DNA from: a virus
IMG/VR virus record: IMGVR_UViG_3300028045_001344
Coordinates: 1 to 64,000 of that record
Length of the DNA stretch: 64,000 nt
Strand: one strand, 5' to 3'
Shown piece by piece: positions 36,234 to 45,100 of the stretch. The number at the start of each line of letters is the position of its first letter. Position 1 is the stretch's first letter. The position numbers and the translations under genes are program-made. The notes under the pieces were generated by a model that was not told the DNA's origin, searched no databases, and worked only from the letters and a program-made list of their open reading frames with translations.

Positions 36234-37217
36234 TTAAGTGCCACGGAGTAAATAGTCTCGGTGGTCGGCAAGAAACGATCTAAATTTCTGAAATAATGGA
36301 TTCCAGTTGTATTCATGTATGCCATCAGTCGCCATCATTTTTAACACTTCGGTTCTATTGAGGGTAGGGGCAAACTGTTCTACTGTGTCTTTTATATGTA
36401 GTGAATTTTTAACAGAAATAGAGGGAGAATAAAGTTGCATTAATTTATAATTTAGTTCCACCTTTTTCTTCTCCTTTAAAATATCTTTATATAATTTGAG
36501 CCCAGTCTCATCACTTCTGCAATACTTAAACACCTCGTCGGGAGTATAAGATTTTTCTTCCCGCAAGAAACTTAATTTTTTAGATATTGTCTTCATGCCC
36601 GCGCCCTTTATGCCCGGTAAGTTATCAGACTTGTCACCATCAATGGCTCGGGCAAGCGCGAAATTGTTAGGATGAATATCAAACTCCTCAAGGATTCGAT
36701 TCTTGTTTAAGAAGATGTCCTTGATCGGTTTATACACCAGCGTCTTGTCGTCACACAGTTGATAAAAATCTTTGTCCATAGACACAATAATCTTTATGTC
36801 TTCTTTGAGTGAAGGCATATGACAAATGTATCCTATCACATCGTCAGCCTCAATGTCTTCTACCATCAATTGTGCGACGGGCATCTTGTTAAGATACTCA
36901 ATTGTGCGCTTCATTTGATCATAACGATTTTGTGTTTCTTCTAGAGCATCCATACCGCTATAGGCTCGGTTTAGTTTGAGTGGCTTGCGCCCTTCTTTGT
37001 ATTGCTTCGCCAAGGTTCTGCGCTTGGCACTACCACCTCCACCATCCCAAACAACAATTATCTTATCTGGATTTATCTCTCGTGCTGTCTTTTGTAAGGA
37101 CATCAAGAAACCTTTCGTTCCACCAATGGGTGATCCCGTCGCACTAATGCTAGGGTTCATAACATAGTTGCGAATGAATGTATTCATCGCGTCAATGATT
37201 AAGATTTTATTCGCCAT
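36234..37217 (-). CDS. 5'-3' exonuclease/flap endonuclease (PolI N-terminal-like)
   Basis: IIDAMN, VWDG, YKEGR, EADDVI, SMDKDFYQL, GDKSDNLPGIKG. Confidence 0.93.
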   Translation of the reverse strand: MANKILIIDAMNTFIRNYVMNPSISATGSPIGGTKGFLMSLQKTAREINPDKIIVVWDGGGGSAKRRTLAKQYKEGRKPLKLNRAYSGMDALEETQNRYDQMKRTIEYLNKMPVAQLMVEDIEADDVIGYICHMPSLKEDIKIIVSMDKDFYQLCDDKTLVYKPIKDIFLNKNRILEEFDIHPNNFALARAIDGDKSDNLPGIKGAGMKTISKKLSFLREEKSYTPDEVFKYCRSDETGLKLYKDILKEKKKVELNYKLMQLYSPSISVKNSLHIKDTVEQFAPTLNRTEVLKMMATDGIHEYNWNPLFQKFRSFLADHRDYLLRGT

Positions 37218-37600
37218 CGCGCTTCGACCTTGTTGAAATTATCGGGGAAATGCTTCTTTAGAAACCTAAGCATCTGACCCGTGTTACGACTCACTGCTTG
37301 TACGTCAAGAGCAGAGTTCTCTGTATTATAAGAAAAAACCATCTGTTTGTTGAGAGTGAGGAAGGAGCCATCCATAAAATATAGCCTGATCATACTATGC
37401 TTGTCCCATAAATTTGGCGCAAATGGGCCGGGGCACAATTCTTTCACCTTATTTAGTAGATCTTTCTTCTCCTTCATTTCACGCCAAACTTCTTGCTCTA
37501 CTCTGCGCGTGTTATGTTCAAGGAGAGCATCCGTTTTCTCTATCCGTCGTTGCTTGGTTCTGTCATCGAGAACAAATTTTGCCCAACTAGGAATGGTCAT
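37199..37600 (-). CDS. Hypothetical protein
   Basis: ORF overlapping both neighbours. Confidence 0.55.
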   Translation of the reverse strand: MTIPSWAKFVLDDRTKQRRIEKTDALLEHNTRRVEQEVWREMKEKKDLLNKVKELCPGPFAPNLWDKHSMIRLYFMDGSFLTLNKQMVFSYNTENSALDVQAVSRNTGQMLRFLKKHFPDNFNKVEARWRIKS

Positions 37601-38723
37601 TTTGCTTTACCCCCTCAACATCATCACCATAAAAGTCTTCTGACTTGCCGGTCTTGGTTTCAAATTTACGAATAACTTCTTCATCCATAATATCATAAAC
37701 AAGTTTGGCAAACTTTTCGTCGGTCTGCATTAGCTTAGGGAAGGTTGCGCCTTGGAATTTCTTATCGTATCCATCAAGCGTAAACCACGCTCCACTATTC
37801 TTTAACTTGTCCGATGTTTTGATCGCAGTCAACAAGGATTCATCATTGAGGATACCAACATCCTCGCCTCCCCATAGAATTTTAAAGTTACAGATGCGAC
37901 CCTGTGTTCCAAACTTGGATTTCTCTAGCTTGGCTTTCACTTCGCTGCCGATTCTAAAACCTGCTTCATCTTCTACAAAGGTCTTCTTTCCTTTTAGACC
38001 CGTGAGCCATATTCTTAATGAATAGGCATAGATCATAGCCTTACCACCAGGAGTAAACCAGGGTTGCGAAAGCATCATCATTGGGTTAGAGACATTAATA
38101 TTTGTCTTGAGTTGGTTCAGGACCAACAAGGTTGATTGTGTTCTCGATAAGGACACCACCAATTTCTTCATACCCAAAGATAGAACGCGAGGCATTTGTG
38201 CCATAGAAGATTGGGGATTGAAATCCTTTTCCAGATCCGCACGACATGGAGTCATCGCGAGTGAGTCAATAATAAATAAGAAACGAGTGTCGGGATCACC
38301 AGCCATAACGGTTTCCATTGATTCCAATACCTGCTCAATATCATCAGGCTGGATTATGATAACACTATCCTCGCCATCTACAGTGCAACCAAGTTTCTCT
38401 AAAAACTCTTTGCTCATTGTAGATTCAGAATCAAAGTAGAGAACTTTAATATTCTTCTTCTGTGCTTCCCTCGCTACTTGTCCAGCCATATAAGACTTGC
38501 CTGAACTTTCTAAGCCAGCGATCTCGGTGCAGCGACCAACTGGGATACCTGCGAGTTGACCACGACAGGTAATGGAGTCGAGCCATCGTGAGCCTGTGGA
38601 GATCCAATCCTTTACATCAGCCGGATTCTCTTGATCGCCAGTAAACGCAATTGTTCTTCCCGCTTTTTTATTTATTAGTTTTAAAATATCTTTCGATGAT
38701 AAGTTTCCGTTGCTCATAATCAT
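37587..38723 (-). CDS. recA: RecA/UvsX recombinase
   Basis: ISTGS, GLESSGKS, DSE, IIDSLA, NQLK, TPGGKA; start at 38723 (or 38717) after an AGGAG RBS. Confidence 0.92.
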   Translation of the reverse strand: MIMSNGNLSSKDILKLINKKAGRTIAFTGDQENPADVKDWISTGSRWLDSITCRGQLAGIPVGRCTEIAGLESSGKSYMAGQVAREAQKKNIKVLYFDSESTMSKEFLEKLGCTVDGEDSVIIIQPDDIEQVLESMETVMAGDPDTRFLFIIDSLAMTPCRADLEKDFNPQSSMAQMPRVLSLGMKKLVVSLSRTQSTLLVLNQLKTNINVSNPMMMLSQPWFTPGGKAMIYAYSLRIWLTGLKGKKTFVEDEAGFRIGSEVKAKLEKSKFGTQGRICNFKILWGGEDVGILNDESLLTAIKTSDKLKNSGAWFTLDGYDKKFQGATFPKLMQTDEKFAKLVYDIMDEEVIRKFETKTGKSEDFYGDDVEGVKQNDHS

Positions 38724-38734
38724 GCCCTCTCCTA

Positions 38735-38795
38735 CAAAAAAGAAAGCCCCGTGGCTCGATGAACAAACCAATAAACAAAAAAGTCACGGGGCTTT
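38735..38795 (-). terminator. Long-loop hairpin with U-tract between ssb and recA
   Basis: AAAGCCCCGTGACT-(~25 nt loop)-AGCCACGGGGCTTT followed by CTTTTTT. Confidence 0.55.
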
Positions 38796-38818
38796 CAAAA
38801 CCACTTAGGTTTTTTTAA

Positions 38819-39550
38819 CTACGCTGATAATTCCCGAATGGCATCATCAACACCGGAAGGCGCGGTGGCGCTAACAGCTTCCATCGTGCCGCCAGAAGGA
38901 TCAAGATACGATTCCAAAATCGCCTGAACCTCGGTGGTGGTTTTTTTGGTAAACAAAGCATCCACATCAGGAATTGAATCCAAAAGAGCCTTGATCTCGC
39001 CTTTAGGGGCAAGTGCAGAAGACTTACGTTTTGGAACCAAATTGGTCTGCGGAAATGCACCCTTAGTTTTCGGCAAAGTATAAGTCAATGTAAAATCAAC
39101 TCCTGTCTGTACCTCGGTGATGTCACCGTAATCAGGATTCAAGACATAACCAAGCAACGCTTCGTAAATTGTCTTTCCGTAACCCCAGATGCGAACACCC
39201 GCTTCTTCTTCACCACGCACAATTACGGGTGAGAAAAATCTCTGACGAACAAAAAGGCTCTTTGCCATTTTTTTGCTCTCATCAGTTCCCTCTTGCCATA
39301 GTTGTGAAGCGAATTCACAAACCGGACAACCGTCACCAAACTGCCGCTTGGGACACAACACACCACCACGAACATTATCACCTAAGTTATAATGAAAGTG
39401 GAAAACCTTGAACGGATCTCCATCCTCAGTTGGTACAAGTCGAATCTCTTGATCCCCCTCGGTTGGTCGCCAAAAAGCATTATCGCTTTTCTTTCCACCC
39501 GATTCGGATTCCTGTAGTTTCGCTCGCATCTTTGCTAAATCTAATGCCAT
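38819..39550 (-). CDS. Single-stranded DNA-binding protein, gp32-like
   Basis: FWRP..G...IRLVP, HY...CP......CPVCE zinc site, IW..GKTIY, DITE...G.DF; acidic tail. Confidence 0.85.
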   Translation of the reverse strand: MALDLAKMRAKLQESESGGKKSDNAFWRPTEGDQEIRLVPTEDGDPFKVFHFHYNLGDNVRGGVLCPKRQFGDGCPVCEFASQLWQEGTDESKKMAKSLFVRQRFFSPVIVRGEEEAGVRIWGYGKTIYEALLGYVLNPDYGDITEVQTGVDFTLTYTLPKTKGAFPQTNLVPKRKSSALAPKGEIKALLDSIPDVDALFTKKTTTEVQAILESYLDPSGGTMEAVSATAPSGVDDAIRELSA

Positions 39551-39564
39551 TGTATTTTATCTCC

Positions 39565-40440
39565 TTAAGGTGAGGTCGGCAAATCTTCCGACCCCCCAAT
39601 TGTTTTTGTTTGCCCTTGAATGGCTGAAGTATGCGCGACACAATAAATGTAATCTTCATCATAATCAGTTTCAAAGATTCCGTATGAAACCCGCACATCG
39701 GCTTCCATTTTTCTCTTAAGAGAATTCTTTATCTCTCCGAACAAATTGTTTTCTGTTTCCAGTCTCATCTTGTTACAAGCATAATAGTATACCCGATCAC
39801 TCACGTTGTCAAGAGAAAAAAACATCTTATCTACATTTTTTTTTGGCTCCACAAATCCAATAGTAGAAATGCGGGTTCCAATAGGTAAAGAAGAAAAGGT
39901 GTCAGTCACAGGGGGAATGTGATTGAATACATTAATCATATGTAGTGAAGACACGATGGCTTCATTAAGACTAACATAGTGATTCTTCAAGGACGTAGGA
40001 GGTATTGCCCTCTCTACTAAAACGTTGTCCACAAGATAGAGTCGATCAAAAACACCAGATCGAGCATACTCTTGCAGGACATTGAAGACCAAGTTATTAA
40101 TTAATTTTCCTTGTGCTCCTAAAAAATCTTCTTCTGGCTTTATGTATAGCACACTAATGTTACAGTGTCGTAAATATTCTAAAAGAGAAAGTGATGTGAC
40201 GGAGGCTTTTCCGCCGCCGCCTACCACAAATAGAATATCCCCACTCACCCCTTCAAAAAACTTAGTCATATCCGGGCAATTCTTTTCATAATCTTCAATG
40301 TTTTGGCTCTCTTTTAGACTAAACGTATTGGCACTAGGCGACAAGCCTATGTCTATTTTATATGCCTTATATTGAGAATATTGAGCAAAGTTATCTGCGA
40401 TGGCGCAACCTGCTTTGCCTAGTCCGATTACTGTATCCAT
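39565..40440 (-). CDS. Divergent tubulin/FtsZ-like (PhuZ/TubZ-type) protein
   Basis: VIGLGKAGCAIAD (T1 loop), degenerate signature VVGGGGKAS, LVDN. Confidence 0.65.
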   Translation of the reverse strand: MDTVIGLGKAGCAIADNFAQYSQYKAYKIDIGLSPSANTFSLKESQNIEDYEKNCPDMTKFFEGVSGDILFVVGGGGKASVTSLSLLEYLRHCNISVLYIKPEEDFLGAQGKLINNLVFNVLQEYARSGVFDRLYLVDNVLVERAIPPTSLKNHYVSLNEAIVSSLHMINVFNHIPPVTDTFSSLPIGTRISTIGFVEPKKNVDKMFFSLDNVSDRVYYYACNKMRLETENNLFGEIKNSLKRKMEADVRVSYGIFETDYDEDYIYCVAHTSAIQGQTKTIGGSEDLPTSP

Positions 40441-40650
40441 TTACTTCTCTTTGGTTTCGCCGTATGACACCAGTTCAAACGTGGGGCTATTGCGATATCG
40501 CCCAACATGATTGGAAACCTTCTCGTTGAGCACAATCATTATTGCTTCTGGATCAGTGCTCACTAATGTAACTTCTTCGCCGTTTTCTATATAAACTAAT
40601 TTATATTTCTTGCTCATTCCGAAACCTCTTGTAAAACATAACGCCTCCAA
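40441..40650 (-). CDS. Small hypothetical protein
   Basis: Short ORF filling an operon gap; real start probably at MSKKY. Confidence 0.45.
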   Translation of the reverse strand: MEALCFTRGFGMSKKYKLVYIENGEEVTLVSTDPEAIMIVLNEKVSNHVGRYRNSPTFELVSYGETKEK

Positions 40651-40922
40651 AATCCTCCGCGTTTGCGGTTTTTGATAATCCGTGCCCCTTCAAGATCCCA
40701 TTTATTTATTTCAGCAATTGATAAAAGAACTTCCTGAATGTCCGCTAGTTCTTCTACGCATGGCTCCTCAAGAAACTCTTGAACTTCTTCTGTGAGTTTG
40801 TCCTTGAGTCTTTGTTGATAGTCGTCATTGACGGCTACATAAACTTTGCACTTCTTTCCCTGCTCATTAATAATCTCTGGGATCTTATCTCTCACAAGTT
40901 TGTTATATTTTTTTGTTGTCAT
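40614..40922 (-). CDS. MazG-like/PRA-PH nucleotide pyrophosphohydrolase
   Basis: YNKLVRDKIPEII...KLTEEVQEF...EELADIQEV...KRGGF. Confidence 0.85.
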   Translation of the reverse strand: MTTKKYNKLVRDKIPEIINEQGKKCKVYVAVNDDYQQRLKDKLTEEVQEFLEEPCVEELADIQEVLLSIAEINKWDLEGARIIKNRKRGGFWRRYVLQEVSE

Positions 40923-42178
40923 CTAAACCTCTTTAAGTTTCCAAAGTGTGTTCCAAGGCTGGTGTTCACTTTAAACTTTCCTAAATCCGTATCACCGAAT
41001 TTTTTAATTATATCATCGATAAGATCTTTGTCTTCCCGATGAAAGTCAATTACCATGCTATCGTGAATGAGCCCCATTGTAAAGGACTTTTTATTTTCTA
41101 ATAATTTATTTACTGCGATTGCTCTCCTTAAGAATGTATCGGAAGTGGTGCTTTGTATAACTGCATTGAGAGCATGGAACTCGTCGGCTATAATTTTTCG
41201 ACCAAACGGATTGGTGACGACGCTTCCGTCCCAATATTTATTTAATACTTTTCTTTTGTCATAGTGTTTTTCTACTTGGGGAATACCAAGTGATGCACCC
41301 AAAGGGCCATAAAGCCATCCAAAGATTTTGCGCTTGATGTCATCACGATTCAACTTGTGATCTGATAGCCTATTAAAAATTGATCCATGCCAATCATGTA
41401 TGTCCTGTTGTGGTTGCTCTTGATCGTTCAGCGCAAGAAGACAGCGCAACTCCGCTGCATTGAAATCCAATTCGATAAACCAAGTATTCGTTGGTTTAAC
41501 CACTCTCCGGTAATCCTTGCTCATTGTAAGCAGTGGAAAAGAATTTTTATGGGTGGTCAAGCGACCAGTAATCGTCCCAAACATATTGTAGTCAATAAAT
41601 GGTCTTACCGCATTTAGCTTGGAATAAAAACTTCGAGTTTTAGTTTCGTGAAGTTTATCAACAATTTCCTTCGGCTCAATTAATAATTTATGATCTCGGA
41701 TATCAGTTAATAATCCCGACAACTCAACTAAAAAACTATAGTCTTCTGGTTCTGGGATAGTAGATAATACATGTTTTGTTATTTGACTCTTGAGGTTAAA
41801 ATATTCAATTACAAAACTGTGTGGAACTAAATCATAAAAACACTCCTCGTCCAGTTCGCAGAATCCAGTCTGGAAAGATTTAATATAAGCCGAGTATTTT
41901 TTCTTAATGGTGGACCATTCTTTTTTTAATTCATCGGGGCAACACTCGTCAAGGGTTCTCGTCTTGGCATACAAGGACGCATACTTGATACCATAGCCCT
42001 TTAAGGTTGAATGATATGCCCACGTCTTGGAGAGACGCCCATAATCTGGATCTTCTACAATGTGATTGTCGCAATAAATGCTCTTACAGTGTTGTTTTTG
42101 ATCTACGATTTCGAACAAAGAGGTATCTGGTTTATGGTTGGAAAGATCCATCAGGTAGAACAATATCATAGACATCAC
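40919..42178 (-). CDS. Compact family A DNA polymerase-like protein
   Basis: TGRL, motif A LDFNAAELR, motif B RDDIKRKIFGWLYG, NAVIQST, motif C IHDSMV; real start probably ATG 42151. Confidence 0.8.
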   Translation of the reverse strand: MMSMILFYLMDLSNHKPDTSLFEIVDQKQHCKSIYCDNHIVEDPDYGRLSKTWAYHSTLKGYGIKYASLYAKTRTLDECCPDELKKEWSTIKKKYSAYIKSFQTGFCELDEECFYDLVPHSFVIEYFNLKSQITKHVLSTIPEPEDYSFLVELSGLLTDIRDHKLLIEPKEIVDKLHETKTRSFYSKLNAVRPFIDYNMFGTITGRLTTHKNSFPLLTMSKDYRRVVKPTNTWFIELDFNAAELRCLLALNDQEQPQQDIHDWHGSIFNRLSDHKLNRDDIKRKIFGWLYGPLGASLGIPQVEKHYDKRKVLNKYWDGSVVTNPFGRKIIADEFHALNAVIQSTTSDTFLRRAIAVNKLLENKKSFTMGLIHDSMVIDFHREDKDLIDDIIKKFGDTDLGKFKVNTSLGTHFGNLKRFR

Positions 42179-45100
42179 GCAAGGTCAAGGCTTTTTGTTC
42201 AGTTATATTTTTGAATTTATTTATTATTTTATCATCCTTGTTTTGAACCGTCAATCCTGATTTGTCCTCGAAGACCCCGTTAGTCTCATGCGCGATGCGC
42301 TGTAATGATTTCGTAAATTTATTGGAATCACTTGATGCCAATGAATTGGAATAGAGATTTTCTATCTGTTTTATCATCGCATCCTCCTCACTAAAGGATA
42401 AGATTCGATCTGATTCAGAAATGCGTATAGCAAAATAAAACTTAAGCCAAAACAAATCATCATATGTTCGCATAAATTCTACATCACTCAATAGTTCGCG
42501 AGTTTCTATCTTCTGAAATGTTCCGTCTCCACATTTATTAAACTGGCTAGTGACAATGAAGGGGTGCTTCGCCACATAAGAGTTATAAAAGTTCAAGGTA
42601 TAGATTTGTAGCAAGTCGATGTCGGTTTCAAAAGATCGGATATATTCACCAGGAGATCGAAGAACGGGAGGGTTGTGCAAATATAAATTATCAAAACTTA
42701 AACGTGGTAACGTCAACCAATCAGCGTAATCCACCACCCACTTATCATAGGCTGATTTTCGCAACTCCCATTCACGTAGCAGCCGTGGGTGGTCATTGAT
42801 GGCTTGAGTATATTGTTCGCGCTTAGTAGAATATTCCTCGACATCCCCAAAAGCCAAAACCCAATCTTTTTCGCGAGGGGGCTCGTCGGGATACGCAGTG
42901 TGACTTCCATAATCAAAAGGAAGTGTTTCGAATGTGTCAAGCGAAGGCTGGCTCTCGGCTTCGTTGTATGGCGTAGTCGTAGATGGAACTTCAATTGGGG
43001 CGCACCCTCCGTCAGATGCAACACTCAACACAAACAAGAGCATATCTGCATATCTGTTAGTATCAGTGGGGTCAAGTGAAATTAAATATCTCACGATCTC
43101 ATCCATTTCTCGGGGAGTGATGGACGGAGATGAAGTGTTCGCGCCATTACTGGCACTTTCCCAGGGAATGATAGCCTCTCTAAATCGAGGGTCATCTACA
43201 AATAAATATCTGGTTGGCTGTTGAGGAAACGTTTCCCCGGCACGTCGATATACTTCACGACGCCATCTTTCATAAGGAGTAAATTGACCATCAATCATGT
43301 TTCCATCATTCCACTGACGGCCGTTCAATATGCGAGCATATGCGCCGCTAAAATCAACCTTCTTAATAACAAAATCGCTCCGATAATTACTTGCCACCGT
43401 GGACAAATTGGTTGAGTCATCTACCCCCGCAGTACCCGCATCGCTAGCTCCGGTTCCTGAACTATTTCGCTGCCACTGAAACCAGTGAAATGGGACAACG
43501 CCCATGCCACTAAATGGTTCGCGAGAATAAGCCACGAAGTATCCAGGGGCGTTGCTGATCCACGATGTTCCAACTGATAGGGGCGGGATCTCGTTTCCTG
43601 TAAGTTGTTTTATGGGAACACCACCCAGAAGTTGAGAACTCAAAATTAGAATAATCTCAAACAGATCAGCCAATGCGCCGCCAAAGAGATCTCCCATTTG
43701 ATCGTCAGGCAAGCCTTTTTCGTAAGAGTTTAAAGAATTTAAGTTCCCACTTCCGTCCGAAAGTTCTCTCGGGACACGGTATGTCTGATATTCATTCCCA
43801 TTACGAAAAGGATAATTTTTAACTGGATAACCACTGTTATCTGGTGTTGCTATTTGATATCGTTCAATCTTTGTTTCACAACTACCAAACACAGGAGGAG
43901 GGTGAAAAATATATCTGTTATTTCCCGCCTCGGTGCCATAAGCTGCGGCTCCTAAAGTTGCGGTGCGGGCTTGCCACTGATTATAAACAAATTGATGAAG
44001 ACATGGTTGCTGCCCGGATGGGAGAGCTTGCCATCCAAAGCCCCCGCGAGGAGATCGTCCAAAAATGTCTGGACCTATTTCGGCTCGGATTACTAATTCC
44101 TGCCAAGATGGGGCTCGCTCTAGAATCCCAGGCTGATTAACTAGGTTAGGGGCTCTATCAAACTTTGAGCCATCTTCATTAGAGGTGATATATTTTATCC
44201 AGCTCGTAAGAAATTTATGCTTGCCAACAATGTCCCACCCCAACCGGGTGCGTAAAAATTCCAACTCGCCAGTCTGGGGTAATTGATCGCCTCCTCTCAA
44301 AACGGGGGTACATAGTCGATTAGCATTACGCCCGAATGGTTGTCCAATCGTGGGATCTAATTCTGGTGACTGATAGCCGCCACCTCCCGGATGAAGACCA
44401 TCCTTTTGTTTCTTGAAAGGAAATGGAAAAAGTTGGTTAGGGCCGAAGCCAGTGCTTATAGTCTCATCAGCCAAGTCTCTCGGCACCTGTGTTCTTGCGA
44501 GCGTAGGCAGATTTGTACCGGAAACTATGAGGTGAACATTCCGGGTTGCTCCAAGCCAGTTAGTATATTCTTGCGTTGAATTCTCATTCCATTCGCGCCA
44601 AACTTCAGCGATTTCCGCTTTGAGTTTGCTGTATATCCATGCAGGACCAAAAGCTTCAGCCGCGTCGGGTGTCATCGCGAACTTATTCGCAGTGGCAGCC
44701 CATGGCAAAGTACAAACATTTACAATAAGTGTAGACACTTCATCGCGCATGTTCCCCCTTTTGTCCTGTAGTTGGAGTTGAATCGTGTGTCTCCCCGAGC
44801 GCACAGGAATAAAATAAACATCAGTTCCCGTAAGGTTTGTGGGCGAAATTGTATCCGGTGAATTGGGAGTAAGGTAAAAGGGTGTTTCAACACCGTGTTC
44901 TTCGTCTTCTAATACTGTCCAAGTATAAGATTTGATTTCACTAGAAAACGTGTTTATGGTACTACCAGCCGCACTTATGCGAATTGGTTGTGGCTTCCAT
45001 GCGCCCAATCCAGTTCGTCGTGAAAATGTACTACCGAATCCACCCACATCATAATACTTATAAACAGTCTCCCGTAATACTTGCCCGTTTCGTGTTTGGG

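Noticed and set aside
24194-38771. Inteins or introns in DnaE, RNR, helicase or RecA
   Set aside because: Lengths are normal and no C...HN/C intein junctions or reading-frame interruptions were seen.
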